DNA from: Octopus sinensis
Taxonomy: Eukaryota
NCBI RefSeq assembly: GCF_006345805.1
Contig: NW_021823984.1
Coordinates: 1-20,455 of the forward strand
Length of the DNA: 20,455 bases
Direction of reading: 5' to 3'
Every line of letters begins with the position of its first letter. The first letter of the stretch is position 1. The notes under the pieces were generated by a model. The model saw only the letters and a program-made list of their open reading frames with translations, ran no database searches and was not told where the DNA came from. The translations under genes were made by a program, and so were the position numbers. Shown here in pieces: positions 1 through 10,974 of the stretch.

Positions 1-2
1 AT

Positions 3-42
<40 letters not shown>

Positions 43-610
43 GGTGGAGCTCCGGCATGTCCACGGCCGCATGGCTGAAACGAAATAAAAAGTATGTGTG
101 CGTGTGTATGTGTGTTTGTATTTATATATACATACACAACAGACACACACACACACACACATACACACACACACACACACAACACACACACATATATATA
201 TAAGATAGATAAATAGATATATGTAATATATACATCTCCCTCTGTATGTATATATATATATATATATATAATATATTATATTATTTATATATATATATCT
301 ATAGTGTGTGTGTGTGTGATATATGTGTGTGTATATATATATGTGTGTGTGTGTGTGTATATATATGTGTGTGTATATATTGTGTGTGTGTGTGATATAT
401 ATATATCTATCTAGCTGTCTGTCTGTCTCTCAATCTCTCTATGTATTTATGTATCTATCTACCTACAAATACACAAATACACACACACAGAAACATACAC
501 ATACACACACACGCACGCACACCACACACACACACATACACAAAGAAAACTATGCATATATATATATTATATATATATATATATCTATATATAAAATACA
601 AACACAGAAC
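1..610. repeat. Compound (TA)n/(CA)n/(TG)n microsatellite mosaic
   Basis: Directly visible dinucleotide runs; ORFs 323..670 and 441..632 are translations of these. Confidence 0.95.
41..92 (+). mobile_element. Isolated 3' tail of a SINE/LINE (GGYGG..CTCCRGCATG..stem-loop..CTGAAAC..A-rich)
   Basis: ctggtggagctccggcatgtccacggccgcatggctgaaacgaaataaaaag resembles the tails at 20006-20065 and 20367-20423. Confidence 0.6.
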
Positions 611-959
611 AATTCACGTTTTTTCAATATGAATTCCATTCGTGGAATGTTGCCTTACAACCAACGTTAAGACGATCACTGATGACGAATGGGCGTGGCC
701 AAGTTTTCATCGTCTTAAAATATCTTGTAATCTCCACCCACAAACACCAACCCCCTCTTCCTTCCTTCCTTCTTCTATATATACTGCTGCTATCTGATAC
801 CACTGCACTTCTGCTGCAGCTACCTTCATAGTCTCCTTTCCTCTCCCTCTTCCTCACTCTGTCTTCTATAACACTTGTCTGATATTTCGTTGATTTCATA
901 TAATATAAAGGTTCACTATCGCTTTTGTTATGCCTTGTTAGGTTTTGGTATTACCACGT

Positions 960-992
960 CTCTCTCTCTTTCTCTCTCATTCGCTCTCCCTT

Positions 993-1023
<31 letters not shown>

Positions 1024-1106
1024 TTATCTATCTATCTATCAATATATCTGTCTTTCTATCAATTTAACTATCTACTTATCTATCAAGCTAGCTGTCTGTC
1101 TGTCTA

Positions 1107-1186
<80 letters not shown>

Positions 1187-1187
1187 C

Positions 1188-1273
<86 letters not shown>

Positions 1274-1325
1274 ATCTATTTATCTACCTATGTATCTCTC
1301 CCACTCTCTCTCTTTCTCTCTCTTT
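960..1325. repeat. (CT)n/(TATC)n/(TGTC)n block
   Basis: Directly visible; explains the YLSI/SIYL ORFs. Confidence 0.95.
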
Positions 1326-1374
1326 ATATATTAATGCGTGGTGTGTTATATTTATTGTATATATATAGATGTAT

Positions 1375-1430
<56 letters not shown>

Positions 1431-1567
1431 TATATATAAATATATACATATATAAAAATATATAATATATATATAGATATATATATAATATATATATAAG
1501 ATATATTCACATAGGTGTGTATATATAAATGTTTAAATATGTATCAGTGATATAAGTAATATATGCA

Positions 1568-1616
<49 letters not shown>

Positions 1617-2048
1617 TACACACACATAAATATATATATGTATTCATACACACACACACAGCGCACACACACCATGTTTCGTTGTTTTCCACCTGCCTTC
1701 GTCTTTTGTTTATTTTCATAAAGCTTCCCGTTATATATATATATATATATATACATACATATATATATATACATATATACACATATATACACACTTACAC
1801 ACACACGTTCGCACACACATTCACACACAACATTTAAAATACATATCAGTCTATATATATATGCGTATATATCTATGCACCTACCCACTGTGTGACATAC
1901 CTATCCGTAATATGAATGTAGAATTCTTGAGAAAACCACACATACATACCTACAGTCTTACATAAACGCATATATACACAAGCATACATCTATATGAACC
2001 CTATACATACATAAACATATACATACATATATACATACATACATATAT

Positions 2049-2111
<63 letters not shown>

Positions 2112-2620
2112 AAATGAGATAGTTGATGTTTTATTGATTTAAGTATGTTTCTTCATTCTCTAATTTTGTAGTTATATATATATATATATATATCATATAT
2201 ACATGCATACATATATACTTGCATACATATATATACATACACACACACACGCACACACACACACATATATTTTTAAAATAATAAGGGTGAAAACTGAATA
2301 TTAATTTGATTAATATCAATTTAAGTGCAGTGGTCTAGCATATTAAAATTTGGACATTCAGAAAAATTTATATTTCATACATATAATTATATTACATCTA
2401 TGTATGTAATTATATATATATATATTATATATATATATATAAGGCTAATCCAACGAGAAAACAGAAAACAACAACACCAGTGGTGGAACAATTATATATA
2501 TATATATATGAATGTAATTATAGATTATATATAATATATATATATCTATATACATATATATATACTCGTATGTACATATATATTCCTGTGTTTGCGTGTG
2601 TGCATATAAATGCATTCATA
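1326..2620. repeat. (TA)n/(CA)n/(TACA)n mosaic with short unique spacers
   Basis: Directly visible. Confidence 0.9.
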
Positions 2621-2754
2621 TGTGCGTGTGTGCACGCATGACATGCATTATTATTTTTGCAACAATCTTAAAAATGCCTCGTGAGTATTTTTATGGAAAT
2701 ACATCACATTAGCAACCGAGTTGTTATGCGAGGTAGACGTGTATCGGTTATCTC

Positions 2755-2801
<47 letters not shown>

Positions 2802-2938
2802 ACACGAATACACATATATAGCTGTATTGAATCCCGAAGCTATGAGATTTATTATACTTGTCTAATGCCTCAGGTTTGACTTGAGCACATCTATGCCGTC
2901 TGTATCTTTCGTAAGATAAATGTAACTATACATATATA

Positions 2939-3101
<163 letters not shown>

Positions 3102-3364
3102 TAAACACTCGCGCCCGTATATGAGTGCCGCGTGAATGAGTGTCTCTCAGCTATAGTGTTGAAATTATAGTGATATATAAAGCCATATCGCTCCATCTCA
3201 ACGTGTTCTGAATTGTCATGTATGTAAATTTTACAATAAACATTTCGATCCAGTCATTAATGCCACGTTACTGTTTATTTAACCGCAGGCAAGACTGACT
3301 GATTCGACATCACCTCCTACATCATTCCATTCTCGAACACCGTGATATTTTATTCTTTTTACAG

Positions 3365-3490
3365 TCTTCGTATATCTAGGACTACGTTATGCACTACGCC
3401 TTGACATTTTCGTCAAAAAATCTCAGGAGCATGCGTGATTTAAAAAGATTAAATAAGAATTTCGTTGCTATTTCTAGCGTAATCGATCAC
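3365..3490. mobile_element. Old interspersed repeat fragment (family C, SINE-like)
   Basis: tatctaggactacgtta ... gaatttcgttgctatttctagc; the (G)ATTTGGCTGCTATTTCTAG-like motif recurs near 4220, 4826, 6500, 6760, 7010 and 7155. Confidence 0.55.
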
Positions 3491-3562
3491 GAACACACGC
3501 CATTGTTTTTATCTCGTTAATAATTATGGCCGTGTTCTTGTTATCGAGGTTGTTATTGTTTA

Positions 3563-3575
3563 CCGCTAGAGGGCG
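3563..3575 (+). promoter_or_regulatory. CTCF core motif match CCGCTAGAGGGCG
   Basis: Matches CCRSYAGRKGGCR at all 13 positions; lies in non-microsatellite, CpG-containing sequence. Motif only, binding unknown. Confidence 0.4.
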
Positions 3576-3807
3576 TTATGTTTGTTCTTGACTGCGTACG
3601 GCGTGTTTATTAGCGACGGAGGAGAAAACGAACAGGTTTCGTGCATAGTTGCTGCTGGTGGTGGTTGTGTTGGTGTTGGTGTTGAGTCCAGAATAAAAAA
3701 TTATGTTAAAAGGCTTTCCAACCACGCCAGTCTTGTCTTTTCTTTGTCAGTCAAACTGTATCCATGACTACTAGGTAATACAAAGTAACCGAACCACACA
3801 TGTCATC

Positions 3808-4120
3808 TATATGTGTGTGTGTGTATACATAGACACATATACATTTATATTGTATTTATGTAAATATATATGTATACATATGTGTGCGTATGTTTACACA
3901 TGTACACGCACATATATACACATACATATATATCTATATATATATACATACATATGCATATATATCTATATACAAATACATATATGTATATGATATACAT
4001 ATATGTATATATATATATATATATGTGTGTGTGTATGTAATATATATATATGTATAAAGATAAACTTATATATATATATTCGAGTATGTATGTATGTATA
4101 TGCGTATGTACGCATGCGCA
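3808..4120. repeat. (TA)n/(TG)n/(TATG)n mosaic
   Basis: Directly visible. Confidence 0.9.
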
Positions 4121-4139
4121 TTCAATGCTCATAGTCATA

Positions 4140-4245
4140 ATGTATCTAAGAGTACGTTGCAGAGTGTGCTGGTAGCGTGAGATTTTTATGAAATAGTAGG
4201 GTGAAATTTAAGGGTAACTTGACTACTATTTCTAACAGGTCGAGA
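4140..4245. mobile_element. Old family C repeat fragment
   Basis: tgtatctaagagtacgtt ... tagggtgaaatttaagggtaacttgactactatttctaacaggtcga aligns by eye with 3365-3490. Confidence 0.5.
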
Positions 4246-4281
4246 CTGGCTCGTTGTTGATGGTGCCGTTGTGACACTTTC

Positions 4282-4387
4282 AGTAGTAGTAGTAGTAGTA
4301 GTAGTTGTAGTAGTAACCGTGGTAGTAGTAGTGATGGCGGTGGTGGTTGAGAAAGAGGTGCTACTACTACTACTACTACTACTACTA

Positions 4388-4419
<32 letters not shown>

Positions 4420-4466
4420 ACTGCTACTGCTACTGCTGCTGCTATTACTACTACTACTACTACTAC
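4282..4466. repeat. Compound trinucleotide tract (GTA)n ... (CTA)n(CTG)n(CTA)n
   Basis: Directly visible; source of the poly-V/L/Y/C/A ORFs. Confidence 0.95.
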
Positions 4467-4689
4467 ATCTGCCATCCTCCCCTTCCTCCCCTTCCTCCTC
4501 TTCCTGACCTCCTCCTCCCTTTCATCTTCGCATAACAACTCCTTCTGAGAGACGACGATCCACTGTCGGGGCGGTCTAAGCGATCTTCCGCATTGCTAGA
4601 AGTAGCAGCTAATCTGTTCTCCATCACTCCAACACGCTTCTGAAATATAACCTTGAGGATACACTAATCGTTGTCAGAGCGTGATAGTC

Positions 4690-4985
4690 AACGACGGAGC
4701 GCCTTCGATCATACAGTCTGTCTAAACAGGGCCAGCCTTGGGTTAAACAACGATTCCAACGATGACAATTACAATGTATGCGAAGCAAAGATGTAGCTTC
4801 TATGAGCTTAGAACAGTCTGATTCGAGAAATAGCAGCTAAATCCCTCACAGTGACTTTAGGAAACCGAAGGATACATTAAATATTCTACTTCAATCTACT
4901 CCCATATTCCTTCCATGAAGGTTATGCCTAGACTTTTCTAGCTCATCTAAGATAGACGACATTCCAAATGCGACCATCACGTGTA
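4690..4985. mobile_element. Old family C repeat fragments, opposite orientation to 3365/4140 copies
   Basis: cgccttcgatcatacagtctgtctaaacagggccagccttgggttaaacaac and gagaaatagcagctaaatccctca are reverse complements of motifs at 6575-6812. Confidence 0.5.
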
Positions 4986-4994
4986 TTTCGTCAA

Positions 4995-5053
4995 TATATA
5001 TATATATATATATATTTATATACATACATATGTATACACACCACACACACACA

Positions 5054-5087
<34 letters not shown>

Positions 5088-5365
5088 ATATATATTATAT
5101 ATATATATATATAATATATATTATAATATATAGATATATATACTATATATTATAATGTATGTGTGTGTGTGTGTATACATATGTATGTATATAAATATGT
5201 AGTATATATATATATATATATATATATAGATAGATAGATAGATAGAAATACATAGTATATATGTAGATACTGACATACTATATACACAGCATATACACAC
5301 ACGCTTATACATATATATGAATATATAAATAAATATGTATATATATGTGTGTGTGTGTGTGTGTG

Positions 5366-5397
<32 letters not shown>

Positions 5398-5505
5398 TAA
5401 ATATTATATACTCATATATGCGTGTATTTTACCTTATATATGTAAATATACAAACACATATATATATATACATATACATATACATATCCATATATGTGTA
5501 TATAT

Positions 5506-5539
<34 letters not shown>

Positions 5540-5600
5540 CATACATACATACATATATATCTATACTTATATTTACACGCACACACACACACATACACTC
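4995..5600. repeat. (TA)n/(TG)n/(TATG)n/(CA)n mosaic
   Basis: Directly visible. Confidence 0.9.
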
Positions 5601-5605
5601 ATGTA

Positions 5606-6190
5606 GGCGGTGAGCTGGCAGAAACGTTAGCACGCCGGGCGAAATGCTTAGCAGTATTTCGTCTGCCGCTTCGCTCTGAGTTCAAATTCCGCCGAGGTCG
5701 ACTTTGCCTTTCATCCTTTCGAGGTCGATTAAATAAGTACCAGTTACGCACTGGGGTCGATATTATCGACTTAATCCGTTTGTCTGTCCTTGTTTGTCCC
5801 CTCTGTGTATAGCCCCTTGTGGGTAGTAAAGAAATAGGTATTTCGTCTGCCGCTACGTTCTGAGTTCAAATTCCGCCGAGGTCAACTTTGCCTTTCATCC
5901 TTTCGAGATCAATTAAATAAGTACCAGTTACGCACTGGGTTCGATATAATCAACTTAATCCCTTTGTCTCTCCTTGTTTGTCCCCTCTGAGTTTAGCCCC
6001 TTGTGGGTAGTAAAGAAATAGGTATTTCGTCTGCCGCTACGTTCTGAGTTCAAATTCCGCCGAGGTTAACTTTACTTTTCATCCTTTCGAGGTCGATTAA
6101 ATAAGTACCAGTTAATCGACTTTATACCTTTGTCTTTCCTTGTTTGTCCTCTCTATGTTTAGCCCCCTGTGGGCAATAAAGAAAAAAAAA
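5606..6190 (+). mobile_element. tRNA-derived SINE (family A), three tandem units with 184-bp period
   Basis: Head ggcggtgagctggcagaaacgttag with B-box-like gagttcaaattcc; core gtcgactttgcctttcatcctttcgaggtcgattaaataagtacc; gtatttcgtctgcc at 5654, 5838 and 6022; A-rich end. Confidence 0.85.
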
Positions 6191-6489
6191 TATATATATA
6201 TCTATACATATATTTACACACACACACATATATATATATTAATACAGATATATATGTCATTTTCTAGGTTGTTTTTTGAAGGACATTTAACTGTTGTTTT
6301 TATCAAGCTTATGATAAGAAGGTTTCTTGTGACTGATCTTTATTTTAATTCTAGTTCAAACCTGAGCGAGCATAACGCTCGTCAAAGGTGTCATAGAGCT
6401 GAATTTTTTTCATTATTGCTTTTATTTCAAGCACAGTCTACCAAGGAGTACATTATGCATTGTGTCCTCACTTGTAGAAGCCGCTCAGA

Positions 6490-7270
6490 TTACTTTTAAG
6501 AGAGATTTGGTAACTATTTCTTGCAAGGGAGGTTACTTTTGAGATGTTCGCTTCTGTGATGATGTTGGTGTTAGCAGCCATGTTTTTTCTTTAAGCCCTT
6601 GGTGAAACCTGAGGGAGCAGACTTATGATCAAAAACGTGCCAGCCGTAACCATCTCACCTGATTTTCAAGCACTGAATCTCTCTCTCTTTTTTTTTTCTC
6701 TTTTCACCATTTTGCAATGTGTCCATCCTTAATGCACCAGTAGTGTGAGATTAAAGAGAAATTTCGCTGCTATTTCTTACAGATCCAGTGACCACTTAGA
6801 AGCTTTCCTTTGTGATGGTATTAGAAATATCGGTGATGTTGTTTAGCCCATGGTCTTTACTGACCAAGGAGAAGGTATCTTGTAATGAAAACAAATCAAG
6901 ACGTGACCATCCTGTGTTTTTACTATGTATGTGTAGGATCCCATTATTTACTCAGGATCACATTATTCAACGCATGTCTTTTTAAGGTGTTAGAGTTTGA
7001 TTTGATGGAGATTTGGCTGCTATCATTAGCATATCCACCAACCATATAAAGTGGTTAAATTGGTGATGTCGGGGATGGTGGCGGTGGTGCTGTTTGAATA
7101 ACTAGCGAAATTAGTATGAAGAAAGAATACCTACAAACCATTGATGGATACGGACTAGAAATAACAGCCAAATCTCCAAATCACAGCCTACGCTTTATAT
7201 GAAAAAGATACACTCGATTATGTACACTTAGTATACCGCAAAGAGACGGTATGGTCACAATTGGAGGGCT
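6490..7270. mobile_element. Cluster of about four degraded family C repeat copies (three in one orientation, 7150-7270 inverted)
   Basis: Recurring gagatttggctgctat.. at about 6500, 6760 and 7010, with its reverse complement ctagaaataacagccaaatctcc at 7155; ttgtttagccc/agccgtaaccatc motifs. Confidence 0.55.
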
Positions 7271-7529
7271 TTTTTACAGTGGATGTATTAGACCAAGATT
7301 TACTACGAGACAAATAGCAACGGATAAATTAAGTATATATACACACGTACGCACATTCAGATGCACACACACGGACACACAGACACACACATCAATATAT
7401 ACATATTTAACAGTAGCATTCATATATACGTATATATATCTACATGTGCTTATGCATTAATATGAGGTGCATTCCAGAAGTTTTGAAAATCTTTAGAAGC
7501 AGTTATAACCGTCCTAGATTACCGTAACT

Positions 7530-7587
7530 TTGTTGTTTGTTCTTCCTCGAGCCATGCCTGGCTTATAAGGGCCGATTTCCCAGTTTC
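7530..7587 (-). mobile_element. Probable SINE 3' tail fragment
   Basis: tcttcctcgagccatgcctggcttataagggccgatttcccagtttc recalled as the tail of an octopus SINE; not confirmable within the window. Confidence 0.35.
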
Positions 7588-7947
7588 CTTCTAGGCTGTA
7601 GTTTCCGGCTCGGAATTTCTGGAACCACCGTTAACACAGGGCTAACGCTTATTGTCCGATTCCCATATACTGCATTAATATTCCTCGCATTTTCCGTTGG
7701 GTTGTTGCCTGTATTGAACCCACAAAGCAAAATATGCCGAATATGCTCATTTGTCACTTCCATTATAGCTTTGAAAAAATAATTGTTAAAATCGAAATGC
7801 ACTCTTCAAAATTTGCGCTAAGAATACGGACAAGGTAAAATTACTACCTGTTATTATTTCAAGTTGATGCAGGTAGTTTATCTCGCCCCCTCCGACTTTT
7901 AACTCATGCAGTTGAAAAAACCGCAGTATTTATGGGATGACCCACTA
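7588..7947 (-). mobile_element. Mariner (Tc1/mariner) element 5' fragment: TIR plus transposase N-terminal HTH, pseudogenised
   Basis: Minus strand TA|GTGGGTCATCCCATAAATACTGCGGTTTTTT TIR (about 7916-7947). ATG at 7763 gives MEVTNEHIRHILLCGFNTGNNPTENARNINAVYG..ISVS; after a frameshift and TAA near 7631-7641 it reads RWFQKFRAGNYSLE, matching the mariner/SETMAR-type HTH (RWF.KF..G..SLED). Confidence 0.88.
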
Positions 7948-8169
7948 CATAAATCCATCTTGTAGGCATCTCAACATTGGTTGACTTTCCTTCCATCATA
8001 CCAAAGTAGTTCCCAACTAACTAACGCCTCTAGTGTACCAACCCACAAAACGTCCCTCGTCTTTGATCCAACGCAGCTTCCACGTCCTCGCAGAACATTT
8101 CCTTCTCTTTATATCCTTCTGCAATCTAAACAATTATCTCGTCTACGATTTCTTTAATATGTGTTACAT

Positions 8170-8552
8170 GTGGAGGCGCAATGGCCCAGTGGTTAGGGCA
8201 GCGGACTCGCGGTCATAGGATCGCGGTTTCGATTCTCAGACCGGGCGTTGTGAGTGTTTATTGAGCGAAAACACCTAAAGCTCTACGAGGCTCCGCAGGG
8301 AATGGTGGTGATCCCTGCTGTACTCTTTCACCACAACTTTCTCTCACTCTTACTTCCTGCTTCTGTTGTACATGTATTTCAAAGGGTCGGCCTTGTCACT
8401 CTCTGTGTCACGCTGAATATCCCCGAGAACTACGTTAAGGGTACACGTGTCTGTGGAGTGCTCGGCCACTTACACGTTAATTTCACGAGCAGGCTGTTCC
8501 GTTGATTCGGATCAACCGGAACCCTCGTCGTCGTAACCGACGGAGTGCTTCC
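8170..8552 (+). mobile_element. Full-length tRNA-derived SINE (family B) with 11-bp target-site duplication
   Basis: A box tggcccagtgg, B box ggtttcgattc, about 310 nt non-tRNA body; ATGTGTTACAT duplicated at 8159-8169 and 8553-8563. Confidence 0.92.
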
Positions 8553-8992
8553 ATGTGTTACATCTAACCAGAATATATTGCTTGCCTTTCAGTTTGTTGG
8601 AACACTCATTGATGCATGACCAGGAATATGACCAGTCTTCACGGTTCCCTGCCACGATTTACTTTCTAGGAAGGCAGGTAAATTGAAGACGGAATACTTG
8701 ACTCGATTCCTTTAAAAGGTCTCATTTAGTGTATCAAATAGCTAAATTGCTTACACATCGGAGAAAATGGTTGGTGACTTGCCGATGAAATGCTAATGGA
8801 TTATTCAAATCTCTGTCCCTTTCCTTCTATTACCCAAACTCACCTTTGTCTTCATTTTGCTGTTTGAGACTTGGTACAACACCACGTTTTCCCGTTTTCC
8901 GTTAATGTTTTGAACAATTGTAAATTTGAAGTTTTGATTCAGCCTCTCATTGAAGTATTAGTAACTGACCTGCATTCCTCTCGATAACGACG

Positions 8993-9033
8993 ACGACAAT
9001 GATGATGATGATGACGACGATGAAGATGATGAC

Positions 9034-9065
<32 letters not shown>

Positions 9066-9135
9066 CGATGATAATGATGACGACGATGATGATGATGATG
9101 ATGAAGATGATGATGATGACGACGACCACGATGAC

Positions 9136-9174
<39 letters not shown>

Positions 9175-9203
9175 AAGGAGAAGGAGGAGGAGAAGGAGGA
9201 AAA
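8993..9203. repeat. (GAT/GAC)n trinucleotide tract followed by a GAG/AAG-rich run
   Basis: Directly visible; source of the poly-H/M/I/S ORFs. Confidence 0.95.
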
Positions 9204-9631
9204 CAACGATGTCCGTGTTGATGGCGGTGTTTTGTAATTACAGTTATCGTGACATAAGCATTAAATATGCTTCCATTTACCAAAAAAACAACACGATTCC
9301 TGTTCGTCTCTTCTGCTGAATGTCACGATTCACTCGGAGCAAAAAAATATTTCCTGCCTAATTAAATTTAATCATCTCTCTCTCTCTCTCTCTGTTTCTC
9401 CTGTCCCATGATTGTAACTTTCTCTTGTCTCTTATAACCGCTGCAGTTAGAAAGCGATAAGAATGTAATGAAGAATTTCTTGAGGTTGTTTGGATAGAAT
9501 GTTTTATTTAGAAAAGAAATGTTAATTATACAGATATGTTTCTATATACTATTACACCACCGATGTCCCGACAGTCTTGGTTCCAAAGCCTTCATAGGTC
9601 AACCATTTATTACATGCCCGTCCCCAGCCAT

Positions 9632-10974
9632 AAAATAATCCTTTCTATACTTGACACAAGGTTTTGAGGTGATGACAAGTCGATTATATCGGCTGGTACA
9701 TATTTGATCGAACCCGAAAAGATGAAAGTGAAAGTAGACCTCGGCAGAATTTGAACCCAAGATCTGATATTGGGAGGTGGGATGGTTAGTTGATTATGTC
9801 AACCTCTCTCCAGTATTCAAGAGGTCCTTATTTTATCGACCCTATAAGGACGAACGGCAAAGCCGACCTCGTCGGAGGTTGAACACAAGGTCTGATACTC
9901 AGCGGGAGTGGGGTCTAGTCAACTGCGTCGATCCCATTCAAGTGTTCAACTGGTACATATTTTAGCGACGCCAGAAGGACGAACTGCAAAGTCAACATCA
10001 GAGGAATTTGAATTTGAAGCCGGAAGAAATATCACTAAGTGTTTTGTCCGGTGTGACAACGATTCTGCTAGCTCGCTGCGTTATGCCCCCTTCAATTTTG
10101 GCGCAATGCTACCAATTTAAGGGGAGGGGATGAGTCGATTACATCAACCCCAGTGTTCAACTAGTATTTATTTCATCGACCCCAAAAGATGAAAGGCAAA
10201 GTCGACCCCGGTGGAATTTGAACTCAGAACTAAAAGACGGACGAAATACTACTATACCTTCTGCTCGGCGTGCTAACGATTCTGCCAGCTCACCGCTTTC
10301 TTTATGCCCACATATTATTTTCTACTCCAGGCACAAGGCACGAAATTTTTGGAGAGGAGGCCAGTCGATTAGATCGACCCCAGTAACAACTGGTCCTTAA
10401 GTTATCGATCCCAAAAGGATGAAAAGCAAAGTCGACCTCGGCGAAATTTGAACTCAGAACGTAAAGACAGACGAAATGCCGTTAAGCATTTCGCCCGGCG
10501 TGCTAACGTTTCTTAAGTCTTTATTGCCCACAAGGGTCTAAACATAGAGGGAACAAACAAGGACAGACAAAGGGATTATGTCGATTACATCGACACCAGT
10601 GCGTAACTGGTACTTAATTTATCGACCCCGAAAGGATGAAAGGCAAAGTCAGCCTCGGTGGAATTTGAACTCAGAACGTAATGGCAGACGAAATACGGCT
10701 AAGCATTTCGCCCGGCGTGCTAACGTTTCTACCAGCTCGCCACCTTTGTTTAAGATAAATATTATTTTCTACTCCAGGCACAAGGCACGAAATTTTGGGA
10801 GAGGGTGCCAGCCGGTTAGATCGACCTCGGTACGCGACTGGTACTTAATTTATTGACCCCGAAAGGATGGAAGGCAAAGTCGACCTCGGGAGAATTTAAA
10901 CTCAGAACGTAAAGACAGACGAAATACCGCTAAGAATTCCCCCGGTTTGCTAACTTTTTCGCCAGCTCGCCGCC
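9632..10974 (-). mobile_element. Head-to-tail cluster of about seven family A SINE copies
   Basis: Reverse complement of the 5606 core (gatgaaaggcaaagtcgacctcggcggaatttgaactcag) recurs. Approximate copies: 9632-9761, 9769-9888, 9903-10079, 10093-10296, 10311-10512, 10513-10744, 10759-10974. Confidence 0.88.

Noticed and set aside
624-899. 91-aa minus-strand ORF in unique-looking DNA
   Set aside because: No recognisable motif; partly purine-rich low complexity; no convincing splice or start context.
3170-3245. TATATAAAG and TGTA..AATAAA (3235-3240) as promoter or poly(A) signals
   Set aside because: Common by chance in AT-rich DNA; no associated gene.
8170-8245. tRNA gene
   Set aside because: Has A/B boxes but poor cloverleaf pairing, continues into a ~310-nt body, and is flanked by a TSD, so it is a SINE head.
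8993-9203. Poly-Asp/Glu acidic protein domain (GAT/GAC/GAA frame)
   Set aside because: In-frame TAA six codons upstream with no ATG or acceptor; typical microsatellite variation.
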